Below, in pieces: positions 13,169 to 26,222 of a DNA stretch of 64,000 nucleotides (position 1 is its first letter; the number at the start of each line of letters is the position of its first letter). The DNA comes from Gracilinanus agilis (Eukaryota). The stretch is from positions 476,229,058-476,293,057 of the forward strand of contig NC_058133.1 in the NCBI RefSeq assembly GCF_016433145.1. The letters are read 5' to 3'. Below the pieces are notes generated by a model. It did not search any database and had not been told where the DNA came from. It worked only from the letters and a program-made list of their open reading frames with translations. Position numbers and translations under genes: made by a program.

Positions 13169-13872
13169 TGTGAAATGATTAAAATTGGGGTTTTTGACTC
13201 AATAAGAGAGTTATAAAGTGATATGGTGGTCAACGATTTTAAAATATTATAGCTTAAGTCAAAATGACTTTTAGCAGCTTTTATTTACAAAGAGGTGGAG
13301 CAAATGAAAGTGGGAAATATAGATAAAGAGACAGATTTTTAACAAGCCTCCCAGCCCTAAGAGCTTCTCCAGTGAAGTGAAGTGAAGTGAAGTTCAGCAC
13401 CCTGGCAGGAGGCTTCCTCAGGTCTTGATCTCCTCTAGGTGGGGTCTTCAGCCAGGAATCCACCAGCGCAGCCTCCTCTATAGCCTGAGCCACTCACCCA
13501 GAAAACTGACACAGGATCCAGGGAAAGAGTCTCCTCCAAAGCCAAGGCAGGAATCTCCAGAACCAATCTCTCCAAACACCAGGAAAGAAATGATAGAAGG
13601 CCATGCTCTCCAGCCCATGTTGGTCTCTTTATACCCCATTTTCCATGTCATTTCCTGTCTCTCCCCCTTCTTCACAGATACCAATTGCATTCTTTCAATT
13701 TGCTTAGTCCTACCCAGGACTGGGCAGTCCCCTTTAGAGGTAAGAGCTTTTGACTTGTGAACTCTCTTACTTAAGTGTTAAGTAGGGATGCTTTGAGTTC
13801 TTGATTAATTAAGTTAAAGGTTGCTGATTGATTTCATTAAAATAGACCAAGAAAAATAATTCTATATTCACA
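13169..13872 (-). mobile_element. ERV solo LTR (~700 bp)
   Basis: TGTGAA...TTCACA termini; minus-strand TATAAA (13628-13633) and AATAAA (13281-13286); TSD not clean. Confidence 0.75.
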
Positions 13873-13899
13873 TATGCACACATGTATGTATATATCATG

Positions 13900-15800
13900 G
13901 AAAGACAATGAAATCTGTTAACAATTTGGACTTGTAATTACATTCAGGAAATTGTAATGGTCCCAAATTTTTCCCCAAAACAAACAAAATACTCCCCATC
14001 TTTTGAACACAAGTATTTTTCCATTTGAACTTTATGCTGGGCCTTCTCTTTCATAAAGGCAAACATCAATGGTAAGCATATATCACCCTATTTTATTCCT
14101 TGTTTGATGATAATAACATTAGGGTCAAACAAAGTTATCTTTATATATCTTTCAAGGGCTTGAGAATTTTAGAGTATGAGTGGGAAACACCTACTTGGAG
14201 AAGAGCATTTTGCTCAACTAAATCAAATTCTTTTTTTTTTCCTAGTCAACAAACAATTTGTCCAGACAAGTATAGTGGGATCTCTTATTTCCTGAACCTT
14301 TTAGACAATTGTGTTACTGCAAAGATGTGGTCTGCTGTGGAATATGATTTCTGAAAGCCTTCCTGTTCCCTTTTCAAATTTTCATCAAAGTGGCCTTTGA
14401 TATGTATATAGATTATTCTCAAAAAGATTTTGTAGAGATGGGAAAGTAGGCATATGGGTCAGTTGCTATTGATATTTTTCTATTGCTTTTGGGGAAATAA
14501 AAGCATCTGTAATCTTTTTTTCCTAAGTGTCTGGCATCCTCCCCTATTTCAGATATCTTGAGAATCCCAATTCCATTAAAATTGTGTTGCCTAAAGCATG
14601 GACCTTTATCTATACTTGGTCTGGTCTAGTTGCTCTTATATTTTTTTAAATGCCATTTTTATGTCCTCATGCTACACACTGGGGATTATGATGTAAGAGT
14701 CTAAATGTGGTCATTCTACTGTCATTAATAAAGTCTGTTATGGAAATGCTGACAGATGTTTTCCATTTCTCATCTTTTTACTATCCCCTTTACAGTTTTA
14801 TCTTTACACATTCTTAGGATGATCTGGTTTAATTGGATTCCTCACAAAATTTTCTATAAACTTGCTTTTCCTTTCATTTCTCATTGTTTTATGAGGCAAT
14901 ATTCTACCATGGGCAACAAGGTGGCACAATGGATAGAAATCAATGGGCTTGGAATGAGGAAAACTCATCTTTATGAGTTCAAATCCAGCCTAAGACTCTA
15001 GCTATGTGACTCTGGGAAAGATACTTAACCCTATTTGCCCCAGCTTCTTCATCTGTAAAACGTGCTGAAAAAGGAAATGGCAGACAGATTATTCTAGTAT
15101 CTTTGCCAAGAAAGCCCCAAATGGGGTCACAAAGAGTTAGAGATGGCTGAACAACAACAATCTTCTACCATATGTGTCTGGAAGATTTTACAAAAGAGTT
15201 TTCATACTAAACTAGTTTTGAACTTGGTTGCCATATCTCTATTTGATAAGGAGAATAAGTGTTTGCTTCCTGAAGTAGGTTTCTAGGATCTTTTGGCCTC
15301 CTCATTGTAGCAACTGATTTTCATTCATTAAATTTCCATAGGAAATAGCAATAATCAATGTTGATGTTTGCTCTTTTATCCATTTCCCATTTGGGGGCCA
15401 TCAACAGCTTTACTAAATAACTTATGTTGGAAATATTTTCATTGCATGCATTATCCTCTTTTATCTTTATTCCTTCTTTTAACAGGGTATTGATTTTTAC
15501 ATTTGCTTTAACCATTCAATGGTCTGACTATACACAGCTCATTCAGAAATTACCTCCATAATAACTAGTTATTTCCCATCTTTTAAAATATAGTCAATTT
15601 CATTTTTAGGGGGTGATGTTATGATAGAGCTTGCAATACCCAATATCTTCCAAATCTCTCCTTGAACAAAGAATTAATGCTATCTAGGCATGAAACTTTC
15701 ATGTAATCTATATGCTTTTGGTTTCTTATATTTCTTAGCCCTTTGCCATATTTCCTAACATATTTTTCACCATGTTCTTTGTGTCCATTTTGTACTGAAG
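13900..15800 (-). mobile_element. Old marsupial RTE, fragmented by MAR1-type SINEs
   Basis: Minus strand reads LLSHLYKIF...REQEGFQK.YSTADHIF...KQGIK*GD, an RTE RT domain. The left part is well supported; the extent to 15800 is approximate. Confidence 0.6.
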
Positions 15801-17001
15801 TCACTGAGTGTTCAAGAATATATTGATTTTTAAATTATTATTATTATTATTATTGAGTTATTCTTGAGTTCTTGAGCATATAGGTGGCATAGTCGATAAA
15901 GGACTGGGCCTGAAGTCAGGAAGACTCATCTTCCTGAATTCAAATTTAGCCTTGGACACTAACTAGCTGTGTGACCATGAACAAATCACTGCTTGCCTCA
16001 GAGTCCTCATTTATAAAATGAATTGGAGAAGGAAATGGCAAACCACTCCAGTATATTTGCCAAGAAAACCCCAAATAGAGTCACAAAGGTTCAGACATGA
16101 CTGAAACAATTAAACAACCCTGAGTTCCCCAGAGATTCAAAGAATTTTAGAGTTAGAAGGGATCTCAGTGGTCATTCTAGCCTAGCCAATATCCAAAAAG
16201 GACTCATCACAACACAGACAAGTGGTCATCCATTCTCTTCTTGAAGACTTTCATTGAGAAGGGTCCAACTATATTCTGAGGAGCACAAGTCACAGGGATT
16301 CAAAGTCCAGAAATCCAGGTTGGGTGTCATAGCCTGCTCAGCAATAAATTGGCCCTGAGGATCCAAGGATATGAAACTCAAGCCTAGCATAAGCCAATTC
16401 CCATGTCAGTTTTGAATATAAACTTGGTAGGATTAATGTTATAAAGTAAAAAAGCTAAACTCTGAGTCTAATCCATTCCTCAACCAGGAGACATAAGTGG
16501 TATAGAAGGGGTCATGTCCCATGATGTTGGATGTGTTCATACATTTTTTTCTTGCCATTATTTTTGAAGCAAATATTCCTTTGTAAAAAAATAATCTGTT
16601 GTTAAGTGTAAAATGAAACTAGGATGCTAGTCACTGGGCCCCTCAAAAAGAAAGGAGTAGAAAACAATACTAGTAGAAGCTTGGTTTAGTGGTTTTAAAA
16701 AAATATATCCTCAGCCACTTTAAGGTAACAGAGAATCCTATGGAGAGCAGAATGTAATTGGCTTGGCCCTAAGAGATTAGAGCCAGAATCAACCATGTTC
16801 CACTGGAAATGCCAACACAAAAAGAGAAAGAATGGGAGCAGGTAAGTGGCTCAGTGAACAGAATGCCAGGCCTGGAGATGGTAGGTCCTGGGTTCAAATC
16901 TGGCCTCAGATACTTCCTAGGTAGGTGGCTCTGGGCACTTAACCCCAATTGCCTAATCCTTCCTGTTCTTCTGCCTTGGAACTGATACTCAGTATCAATT
17001 C

Positions 17002-17581
17002 TTTTTTTTTTTTTTTAGATTTGAATATTTTATTTTTTTAGAAAAATTTTCCATGGTTACATGATTCTTGTTTTTACTTTCCCCTTCACCCCCCCCTTCA
17101 CATACTCCCCATATCCAATGCACATTTCCACTGGTTTTAACATGTGTGATCAATCAAGACTTATTTACATATTACTGATAGTTGCATTGGTGTGGTCATT
17201 TCGAGTCTACATCCCCAACCATGTCCGCATCAACCCATGTGTTCAAGCAGTTGTTTTTCTTCTCTGTTTCCACTCCTGCAGTTCTTCCTCTGAATGTGGG
17301 TAGCGTTCTTTTCCAAAAATCCCTCAGAATTGTCCTGGGTCATTGCATTGCTGCTAGTACAGAAGTCCATTACATTCGATTTTACCACAGTGTATCAGTC
17401 TCTACGTACAATGTTCTTCTGGCTCTGCTCCTTTCGCTCTGCAACAATTCCTGGAGGTCTTTCCAGTTCACATGGAATTCCTCCAGTTTATTATTCCTTT
17501 GAGCACAGTAGTATTCCATCACCAACAGATACCACAATTTGTTCAGCCATTCCTCAATTGAAGGGCAGACCCTGGTTTTCC
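17002..17581 (-). mobile_element. L1 3' end inserted into a SINE1-type element (16830-17635)
   Basis: 16-bp TSD ACTCAGTATCAATTCT (16986-17001 and 17582-17597). Confidence 0.85.
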
Positions 17582-18164
17582 ACTCAGTATCAATTCTAAG
17601 AGAAGGTAAGGGTTTTAAAAAAAAAAAAAAAAAAGGAAGGAATCTGGTCCATTTTGTATTTTTGTCTGTTTGATGGCTTGCCATGGCCAAAAAATTTATC
17701 ACCTTGTATTCAGCCTAAAGGTGATGAAGCTGTCCATCCTAAGCTAGACTGGCCCTTGGAAAACAGGCAATCTACCCAAAATGAAAAAGGACCTTTATGT
17801 ACAAAAATATTAATGGCAGCTCTTTTTGAAGTAGCAAGTAATCAAAAACCACAGGAACACCCATTAACTGGGGTCTCTGCGCCATGAGTTAAACCATTTT
17901 AAAGAAAATGCTCAAGCCAGGCATTTCTTCATTTCTCTTTGGGATCCACTTCTGACTATCTGGACCCTCTCTACCATGCCCTCATATGGATACCTCCCAT
18001 ATCCCTGCTTTCCAAATTCCTTTAAGGTGTCATCTTCCCCCATTAGAATGTAAACTACTCAAAGCCAAGGACTGTCATTGTATTTGTATGTTTTCCCAGA
18101 ACTTGACAAGTAGTAAATATTTAATAAATACGTGTTGGTTTGGCTTGGCTGGCATTTTGGTTAT

Positions 18165-18430
18165 GGCATTTCTCCCATATTGTTTTCCAAATTTCCCAGC
18201 AGTTTTTGTCAAATAGTGGATTCATGTCCCAAAAGTTGGGCTCCTTGGGTTATCATACACTGTCTTGCTGATGTCATTTACCCCAAGTCTATTCCACTGA
18301 TCCTCCCTTCTGTCTCTTAGCCTGTACCATATTGTTTTGATGACCGCTGCTTTATAGTACAGTTTAAGATCTGGTACTGATAGGCCACCTTCCTTCACAT
18401 TTTTTTTTCATTATTTCCCTTGACATTCTT
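18165..18430 (-). mobile_element. L1 ORF2 internal fragment abutting a SINE1
   Basis: Near-identical to the L1 ORF2 segments at ~4300-4555 and ~28330-28587. Confidence 0.85.
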
Positions 18431-18789
18431 TTTTTTTAAAACCCTTAACTTCTGTGTATTGGCTCCTTGGTGGAAGAGTGGTAAGGGTGGGCAATGGGCA
18501 ATTAGTGACTTGACCAGGGTCACCCAGCTGGGAAGTGTCTGAGATCAGATTTGAACCTAGGACCTCCCATCTCTAGGCCTGGCTCTCAATCCACTGAGCT
18601 ACCCAGCTGCCCCGCTAAATTGACTTCTTTGTAACTTCCTGGTTCTGAAACCAGGACTATTGCTCCTTTGCTCTAGATCAAACTGAAGAAAAATCTCTTT
18701 TTAAAAATAAAAACCCTTCAAATTTTTTTAATTTAGCTGTCATTTCTTTGCATCTTTCTCTCCCCCTGTTCTAGGTCTTCCCCAGGCTG

Positions 18790-20170
18790 AACTTCTTCAT
18801 TCAACTAATCTTCAAATGACAAGAACTTAAAGTACTTCACCATCATGGCTCCCCTACTCTGGATATTCTCTAGCTCTTCAATGACTTTCCTAAACTGTGG
18901 TTCCCAGATATGAACATGATATTCCATACATGGTCTAATGAGGGAAAAGCATGAAGGGACAATAATTTCCTTATTCCCAGATATTATGCCCCTCAATGCA
19001 GCTCAAGATGCTATTAGCTCTTTTTAAGGCAGCACATCCCAGGGCTAACTCATCCACTAAAATGCTTAGATCTTTTTTTTCCCCCAGAGAAAATGTTATC
19101 TAACTTTGACTTCCCTATTTTGTACTTGGGAAGCGAATTTTTCAAGCACCAAAATAAGGCTTCATATTTTGTCTGGAGTCAGGAGGATTTGGGTTCAAAT
19201 CTGAATTTAGACACTCTTTGGCTATGTGACTCTGGGCAAGTTACTTAAATCCAATTGCCTAGCCCTCACTGCTCTTCTGCCTTAGAATCACTATTTAGTA
19301 TCAATTCTAAGACAGAAGGGAAGGGTTTAAAAATCAAAAAGACTTTATATTTATCCCTATAGAATTCCTTCATTTGAGATTTAGCCCAATACTCCAGCCC
19401 TGTGTTAGCAACCTATGGCCTGTGAGCCAGAGAGGACTGCTCCCTTCCTCCTCTCCACATTGCCTGAACACTTCTCCCATCATCCACCCCTCTGCCCAGC
19501 AGTCCAATGGGAGCGCTTCCTCCCTCCCCTGTCTGGGGTAAGGTGGGGGGCTCACACGCCACATGAGGGTTGCAGTTGGGGCACTTGGTCTCTAAGGTCT
19601 CTAAAAGGTTCACCATCATTGCTCTAGCCCAACAAGATCTTTTTCTCAGATTTAGGTTCTGAAATCCAATGTTTTAGCTAACCCTCTGAGCTTTGTGTCT
19701 CCCACAGGTTTGAGGAGCACACCGACTTAATGAAGTCACTGATAAAATGTTAAATAGCACAGGGCAAGTATAGATCCCTGGGGCACTCTACAGTAGACCT
19801 CCCGCCAAGATGGCATCAAGCCATTAATGACTACTCTTTATGACTAGCCGTGCCAACCATTTCCAAATGCATCTATTGGTATTATAATCTAGTTTACACT
19901 TCTCCATTTATTCCACAAGAACAGTGAGAGATGCTGAATCAAATGCTTTGCTAAAATCTAGGTCAACTATAGCTACACCATTCCCCTGAGCTACCAGTTT
20001 AGTAACCTATCAAAAAAAGAAATGAGATTAGCCTGGCATGACCTGCTCTTGACGAAGCTATGCTGAGTCTTTGTAATCATCGTAACCAATTTCATAAGAA
20101 CAAGATGGGGGATGTGAGACTAGCTAACACTGGCTATTGAAAAGATCTGGGGGATTTAGTGGACTCTAAG
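18790..20170 (-). mobile_element. Ancient L3/CR1 fragment, antisense, interrupted by a SINE and a hAT MITE
   Basis: LIRPCMEYHVHIWEPQFRKVIEELENIQ and FDR..KLVAQG..DLDFSKAFD-like CR1 RT remnants. Confidence 0.7.
19400..19621. mobile_element. Non-autonomous hAT MITE (222 bp)
   Basis: Imperfect TIRs (CTGTGTTAGCAACCT / AGGTTCACCATCATTG) and an 8-bp TSD CTCCAGCC/CTCTAGCC. Same family as 43690-43929, in the opposite orientation. Confidence 0.8.
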
Positions 20171-23100
20171 TTCAACAGTCAACAATGAGGTAAGGTAACG
20201 AAAATTCTAACCCAGACTTAATAAGGGAAGCTTACTGTTCTCTTCAGAATGTTTATTCTTTCTGCTTCTACTTTCTTGCTTCCTTTAACTGAAAATGTTT
20301 TCTCTGAAGTTACCAAGCATCTTTTTTTTTTTAAAACCCATACCTACTGTCTTAGAATCAATGCTGTGTATTGGTTCTAAGGCAGAAGAGTGTTAAGGGC
20401 TAGGCGATGAGGTTTAAGTGACTTGCCCAGGGTCACACAAAGCTAAAAAGTTATCTGTGGCCAGATTTGAACCCAATAACCTTTTAAAGTCTAAATCAAA
20501 TTGTCCCATCTCATTCTTCATGCTTCTTGACCTCTCTGAAATTTCTGACATATTTTCTTGAACATTCTTCCTTGGTATTCTTTTATCTCTTGGTTTCCAT
20601 GATGCTGATCTCTCCTGGTTCTCCTATATAATTGACAGCTCTTTTTTCAGGCTCCTTTACTAGTTCATGATCTATCTGCCTCCCACTTCCTAACCATGGG
20701 TGTTTAGGCTTTATCTTGGGCTCTCTTCACTATTATCTCTATGCAAATGACTCCCAGATTTATAAAGCCAGCCCTAAAAAATCTCCTGAACTTTAGTCCC
20801 ATGTTGCCAATTGCCTGTTGGAAATCTCTACGATAAGCATCCCTTCAATATCTCAAATTTGACATTTCTAAAACTCATTTTCCTCCCTAAATCTATCCCT
20901 TCTCCCAACTTTCCTATTTTTCTTTTTAAATAAACCCTTATCTTCTGTCTTAGAATCAATACAAGCATCTGTTCCAAGACAGAAGACTGCTAAGGGTTAG
21001 GCAATGGGGGTTAAGTGATTTGCCCATGGACACATAGCTAACCAGATTTGAATTCAGGACCTCCCGACTCCAGGCTTGGCATTCTATACACTGAGCCACC
21101 TAGGTTCCCCTTCCTTATTTTTTTTTTAAAAACCCTTAACTTCTGTGTATTGGTTCCTAGGTGGAAGAGTGGTAAGGGTGGGCAATGGGGGTCAAGTGAC
21201 TTGCCCAGGGTCACACAGCTGGGAAATGTCTGAGGCTGGATTTGAACCTAGGACCTCCCTTCTTCTAGGCCTGACTCTCAATCCACTGAGCTACCCAGCT
21301 GCGCCCCCTTATTTTTCATAAAGCAACACCACATTCTGAGTCACATAGGTTTGCAACCTTAGGATCATCCTCGACTTTACCCTTTTTTTTTTTTTTTAAC
21401 CTAATAGTCAACCAGTTCCCAAGTCTAATAGGATAAAATTAAAACTCTCTGGTGTGGCACTTAAGGTTCTCTACAATCTGGCTCCCACCTACCTTTCCCA
21501 CCTTATTTCATATTATTACTCTTCATGTATAATAGTAAATAGATTTTTATACTGGAGATGGCTCTCCTGTAAATATAAAAGCCACGAGTAAGAGAAAATG
21601 ATCACAAATGATGAGCCCATATATGGAAAATGTATGGAGGAACAATGTATAGCTCCAGCACCCCAAGGCTTCTCTCCTAATTTCCCCATGGATTTCCTAC
21701 TGGGCAAGATATCTTTTGGCTGAGAATAATTGCTCTTCTGGACTCACTGGGTTTGCTCTCTGTAAGAAACACTGTTTTACCAGTTGACTGTAGTCTACTC
21801 TTACTCCAGCTTCTGGCTCAACCGAAGTGCTGGCTTGGATATGTCTATGCCCTTCCAGAAAGAATCAGACCTTTTCCCTAGGGTAAGTAATAAGCTTCCC
21901 CAATGCTGTTTCCCTATGGTCTTGACTCTGAGGCCTTCCAGCTTCCAAGCAGTAGGACCCCAGTTCCAGGCGCCAAACTCTTCTCAACTCTTTCTACATA
22001 GAAGGTTGGGGTTTTTCAAGAAAAATCCTGGAACTCTCTACTGAGGGAACAAACAAGAACCTGCATGCATACATGCAGATTTGCTGATAAATGAGTTCCA
22101 GAGATCAAGTTATTTTCCCTAAATCACACAAAGAGTAAGTGACGGTCAAGGCTCAGTCCAGTGCTCTTTGCACTGAACCACACTGTTGTCCAAAAAGGGA
22201 TTAGATTTGTTTAGCTTGGCCCCAGAGGGTAACTCTAGGAGCAAGAATTTTAAGTTCCAGAAAGGAAGGTATGCTCCATCTGGGGAAAGACTATCTAACA
22301 ACCAAAATATCATAATAGGGAATTCCTTAGGAGGCAGTGAGCTCACTTTCATTGGACCTCTTTAAATGAAAATTGGATAGATGCTTCTGGGTAATTGTTG
22401 TACCTCTTAATATTTGACTAGTTGAGGTACAGTTTTACTAAATAAGAGCAAAGTCTTTTCTACCTCTTCAGTTCTGGAATACCCCAGCTCCTGCTCTTCT
22501 TATATCCTGCCTACACCCTCTACAAAGGCTTTCCCCAATAGCACAAACCATTTTCTCAGTTCTCTCTCTACTTGGCCCATACACACCCAAATTCTCTTCC
22601 ATTTATAATGCTGTTCCATTATACTAAAGGATTCCTGTAATCTTTTAAAAGTTTAATTAATTAAGAAGACTTTCCATGGTTCCATGATTCATGTTCTTTC
22701 TCTCCCCTCCTCCCACCCCCATCCTGTAGCCAACGAGCAATTCCACTGGGTTTTACATGTGTCATTGATCAAGACCTATTTCCATATGCAATTTTATTTT
22801 TGCCTTAAGTTGCGTTTTAGGGGATGTTGGTGGGATCAATCCATACTGATCAAGGTATGCAGTGTATGGTGGACAAGTGTTATCCTTAGTGCAGAAAAGG
22901 GAAGATCAATACTATAGAGTGGAATTCATGGAAAGATAGGTCTAGAACTGGACTTTATACAAATGGAGATGAGAAAGCATTTCACATAGTGGAAACCCAA
23001 AGGGAGAAGTTAAAGTATGAAGTTAGGCACTGAGGATGGGATAATCTTGGAGCTGAAGAGGACCTCAGAGATCATCTAGATCACAATTTCCCAGCCTAAT

Positions 23101-25309
23101 TTATTCATGAAACTCTACTATAAATCCTTGTCTGGGGCCAGCTGGGAGTATAGAGTGCCCATAGAATAAAAGGTTGGGGAAATTTAGGTGCAAAATAGAG
23201 AGCAGTCTACACAATATGAAGGAATATGGCATTGGAATATGGTTCGATCAGGAACATGGTATAAAGGAATATGGTTTGTATGCCAGACAAAAAGTATATA
23301 TAGGGAGAGCTCAATGTTCGTGTTGTGGAAAGACAGGAGATGAGAGTGGGAGTGGGAGAAGAGGCTGTGTGGAGATAAGCATATAGTGTGAAGGAAGATG
23401 GCGTCATGCATATGATGGGGATAGCTACCCTACTGGAGGATAGAGTAGGAAGAACTGACTTGGCTGTAGTTAAGTGGGACAAAGTTTGAGGTGGAGTCTG
23501 AGCCATAGGGTGTAGAGGATGGAAGACAGGGTCAGCGTGGAAAAGGTGTACATCCCCATCAGCCTTTGTAGCATCAATGTTCTTTTTTAATTGAAACCCT
23601 ATTCTCATCATGTGGAAAACATGAAAAAAAAATCCCTACCTTATGTCTTAGAACAGATACTAAGTACTAAATCTACCACAGAAGAGTGGTAAGGGCTAGA
23701 CAATTGGGGTTAAATGACTTGACCAGGGTCACATAGCTAGGAAATATCTGGGGTCATATTTGAACCCAGGTCCTCCCAACTCCAGGCTAGACTCTCTTTC
23801 CAGTGTGTTACCTAGCTGCCCCCAGGGAAAAGTTTTGGGAAATGCTGATGTAGTCCTTCATTTTATGTAGGAGAAAACTAAGCCTAAAGAAATGAATCAC
23901 ACAGTAAGAAAGTCACAGAGTAAGTTGGTTAAAAAGTAGCATATTGAATAGAATGCTGGACTTCTGTTGCATCAGAATTGAATTCAAATCCTGCCTCTGA
24001 CATTTACTAGCTGTGTGACCAAGGGAAAGGTAGTTATCTACTCAGTTCTAGTTTCTTCTGCAAAAGGGAGATAATACCTCTAGCACAATAGCCTTTTTAA
24101 AAACCTAATTGGCTAAAAGGTTATCAGGCCATCTGATGCTGAAGGCAAGATAAACTGGGTCATTTCAACCAATATAGAAGACAGTTTAACACTATTTAAT
24201 GGTTTTGAAATCAATTGTTTCAACTGTAAATATGCTAGAATGTGAAACTGTATATAGAGCTGCTGGTTTAGTAACTCATCATTTCGAGATAAACTGAGAC
24301 TGCTAGTCTTAGCCTACGGTCTTACTGATTTCTGATATTGTATCAGTACCTATCCTGCAAGATTGTTATAAGGTTCAAATAAGAATGTATGTGAAGCACT
24401 TTGCCAACATTAAAACACTATATAAAGGTCAGATATTATACTACAGTGGAAGGAGTGCTAGCTTTGGATTCAAAGGACTTGGGCTCATCTCGCGAGAGCT
24501 GCTTGCTACTTATGAAACCTCAGGCAGATCAGAATCTCGCTGGTCTTCACTTCTCAGCTATAAAATGAGGAGGTTAGACTAGATGACCCCTAGAATTCCA
24601 TCCAGTTCTAAATATATGGTTTCATGATTCTATTGTTAGTAGGAGCATGAAGAATGGAAAAGATATACAAATGAAATGGAGGGCATGTGTTGGTTGGGGA
24701 GTATTGGAAGATATGATACTATATATCATTTTAAGGTTTATAAACCACTTTCTTCACAATTATGAAGCAGGTGGTACAAGTATGACTATGTCCATTTCAC
24801 AGATAAGTAAACTGAGGTCCTGAGAGGTTGTGGCTAACCTGCAATTATACACCTAGTAAAAAAAAGATGAACTCAAACCCAAACCCCTTGATTCCAGCAC
24901 TTTATCCATTAAATTGTAGTTGGATAGATAGAGCAGATTCTTGGGTATAGGAGTGACAATGAAATGAATAATAATACATGGCTCCATATATATAGTGCTT
25001 TGTAGTTTGTAGCTGTTGTTCATGCCTGACTCTTCATGATCCCATTTGGGATTTTTCTTGGCAAAGATACTGGAGTTATTTGCCATTTCCTTCTCCAGCT
25101 CATTTTACAGATGAGGAAATTGAGGCCAACAGGGTTAAGTGACTTGCCCAGGGCCACTCAGCTAGTAAGTGTCTGAAGCCAGTCTTGAAGAGGAGTCTTT
25201 CTGACTCCAGATCTGGCATGCTATCCACTAGGAGTCCCTTAGCCCTTTTAGAGGATAAGAATTGCCCACAGTCTAGAATTTAATTAGAAAAAACAAGGAC
25301 AGGTAATAT

Positions 25310-26222
25310 GTTGTTAATATGTTTCTTACTGGATGGAGTTCTCTTGTTCATTTACAAAGTATGAAAAAACTGAATTAAAAGAAGAATCATTAATTGGGAA
25401 ATATTGACTATGAACTCTGATGGCCCTTAAAAAGTAGCTTGCTAGTTCTTCAGTCACTCCAGGAAGGAGCCAGCAATTGAGGAAGAACTTGGCCCCTGAG
25501 GCAGAGAGAAAGAGGAAGAAGAGTTTTTCTTTCTTCCTCTTTACCACTGGTCTTAGTGTTTTGCAGTGGAGCTACTGGGCCAGTGGGAGACACTCCATCA
25601 AGGAGAAAGGAGTCATCACTCTAAGAGGTCAAGGTACCGCTAAGATGTATCCAGTAGGGATCAGACACACATTGTCTATGGAGATACAGATGTAGGGAGA
25701 AGTATAGCATTCAAGGCCAGAAACAGCTCCAAGGAATGTGGCTGCTGGCAGCAAAGAAGAGAGCCTACTATTGACTTCCATGAACTAGTCCTGGCAATTA
25801 GAAGTCCAACTGTGGAGAGGAAGTACTGGGAGCCCAGTCTCCAATCAGAGATGATGCATCCATGCAGCAGCAACATGAAACTCCACAGAAAGGACACTGA
25901 GGTCTTGTAACCTGAAGCATGAATTATCTTGGCCATGTGTGCTACGTGCATGTGCGCACACCCACTCATTTACACACCTATCATCCTATGTTTGGTTCCA
26001 CTCTTCCCTGGATATTTGTGGAAGAGTGCATTCAGGTTTTTATGAGGGGAATGTTTGGTAGCTTCTGTTTTCACCATGCCATCTCAGTAAATGTTGCTTT
26101 AAGCCAACTGACTAACAGTTAAGGGAAAGTTCACCAATGGGGATCTGTGAGCTAGTTTTAGTGCCCCACAGGGTACCCTAAGACCCGATGGTAACAACCT
26201 CCTTCTGGGGACCCAAACCCAC
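25310..26222. mobile_element. Possible ancient LTR-like element
   Basis: Non-SINE, non-LINE block with no sustained ORF and LTR-like composition; possible TG start and ...GGTAACA / ...CCCACA end; no TSD found. Confidence 0.3.

Noticed and set aside
12370-15800. Inverted RTE pair around an LTR as a composite transposon
   Set aside because: The copies are heavily and independently decayed, with no shared ends or outer TSD; these are independent insertions.
23300-23560. Faint resemblance to filovirus nucleoprotein (LHPMAQT versus LHPLART)
   Set aside because: Needs frameshifts, similarity vanishes on both sides, and the composition is low-complexity; consistent with chance without a database search.
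25640-25720. IVYGDTD, resembling the family-B DNA polymerase YGDTDS motif (Polinton or viral)
   Set aside because: Isolated hexapeptide lacking the conserved Ser and any other polymerase region; flanked by stops.
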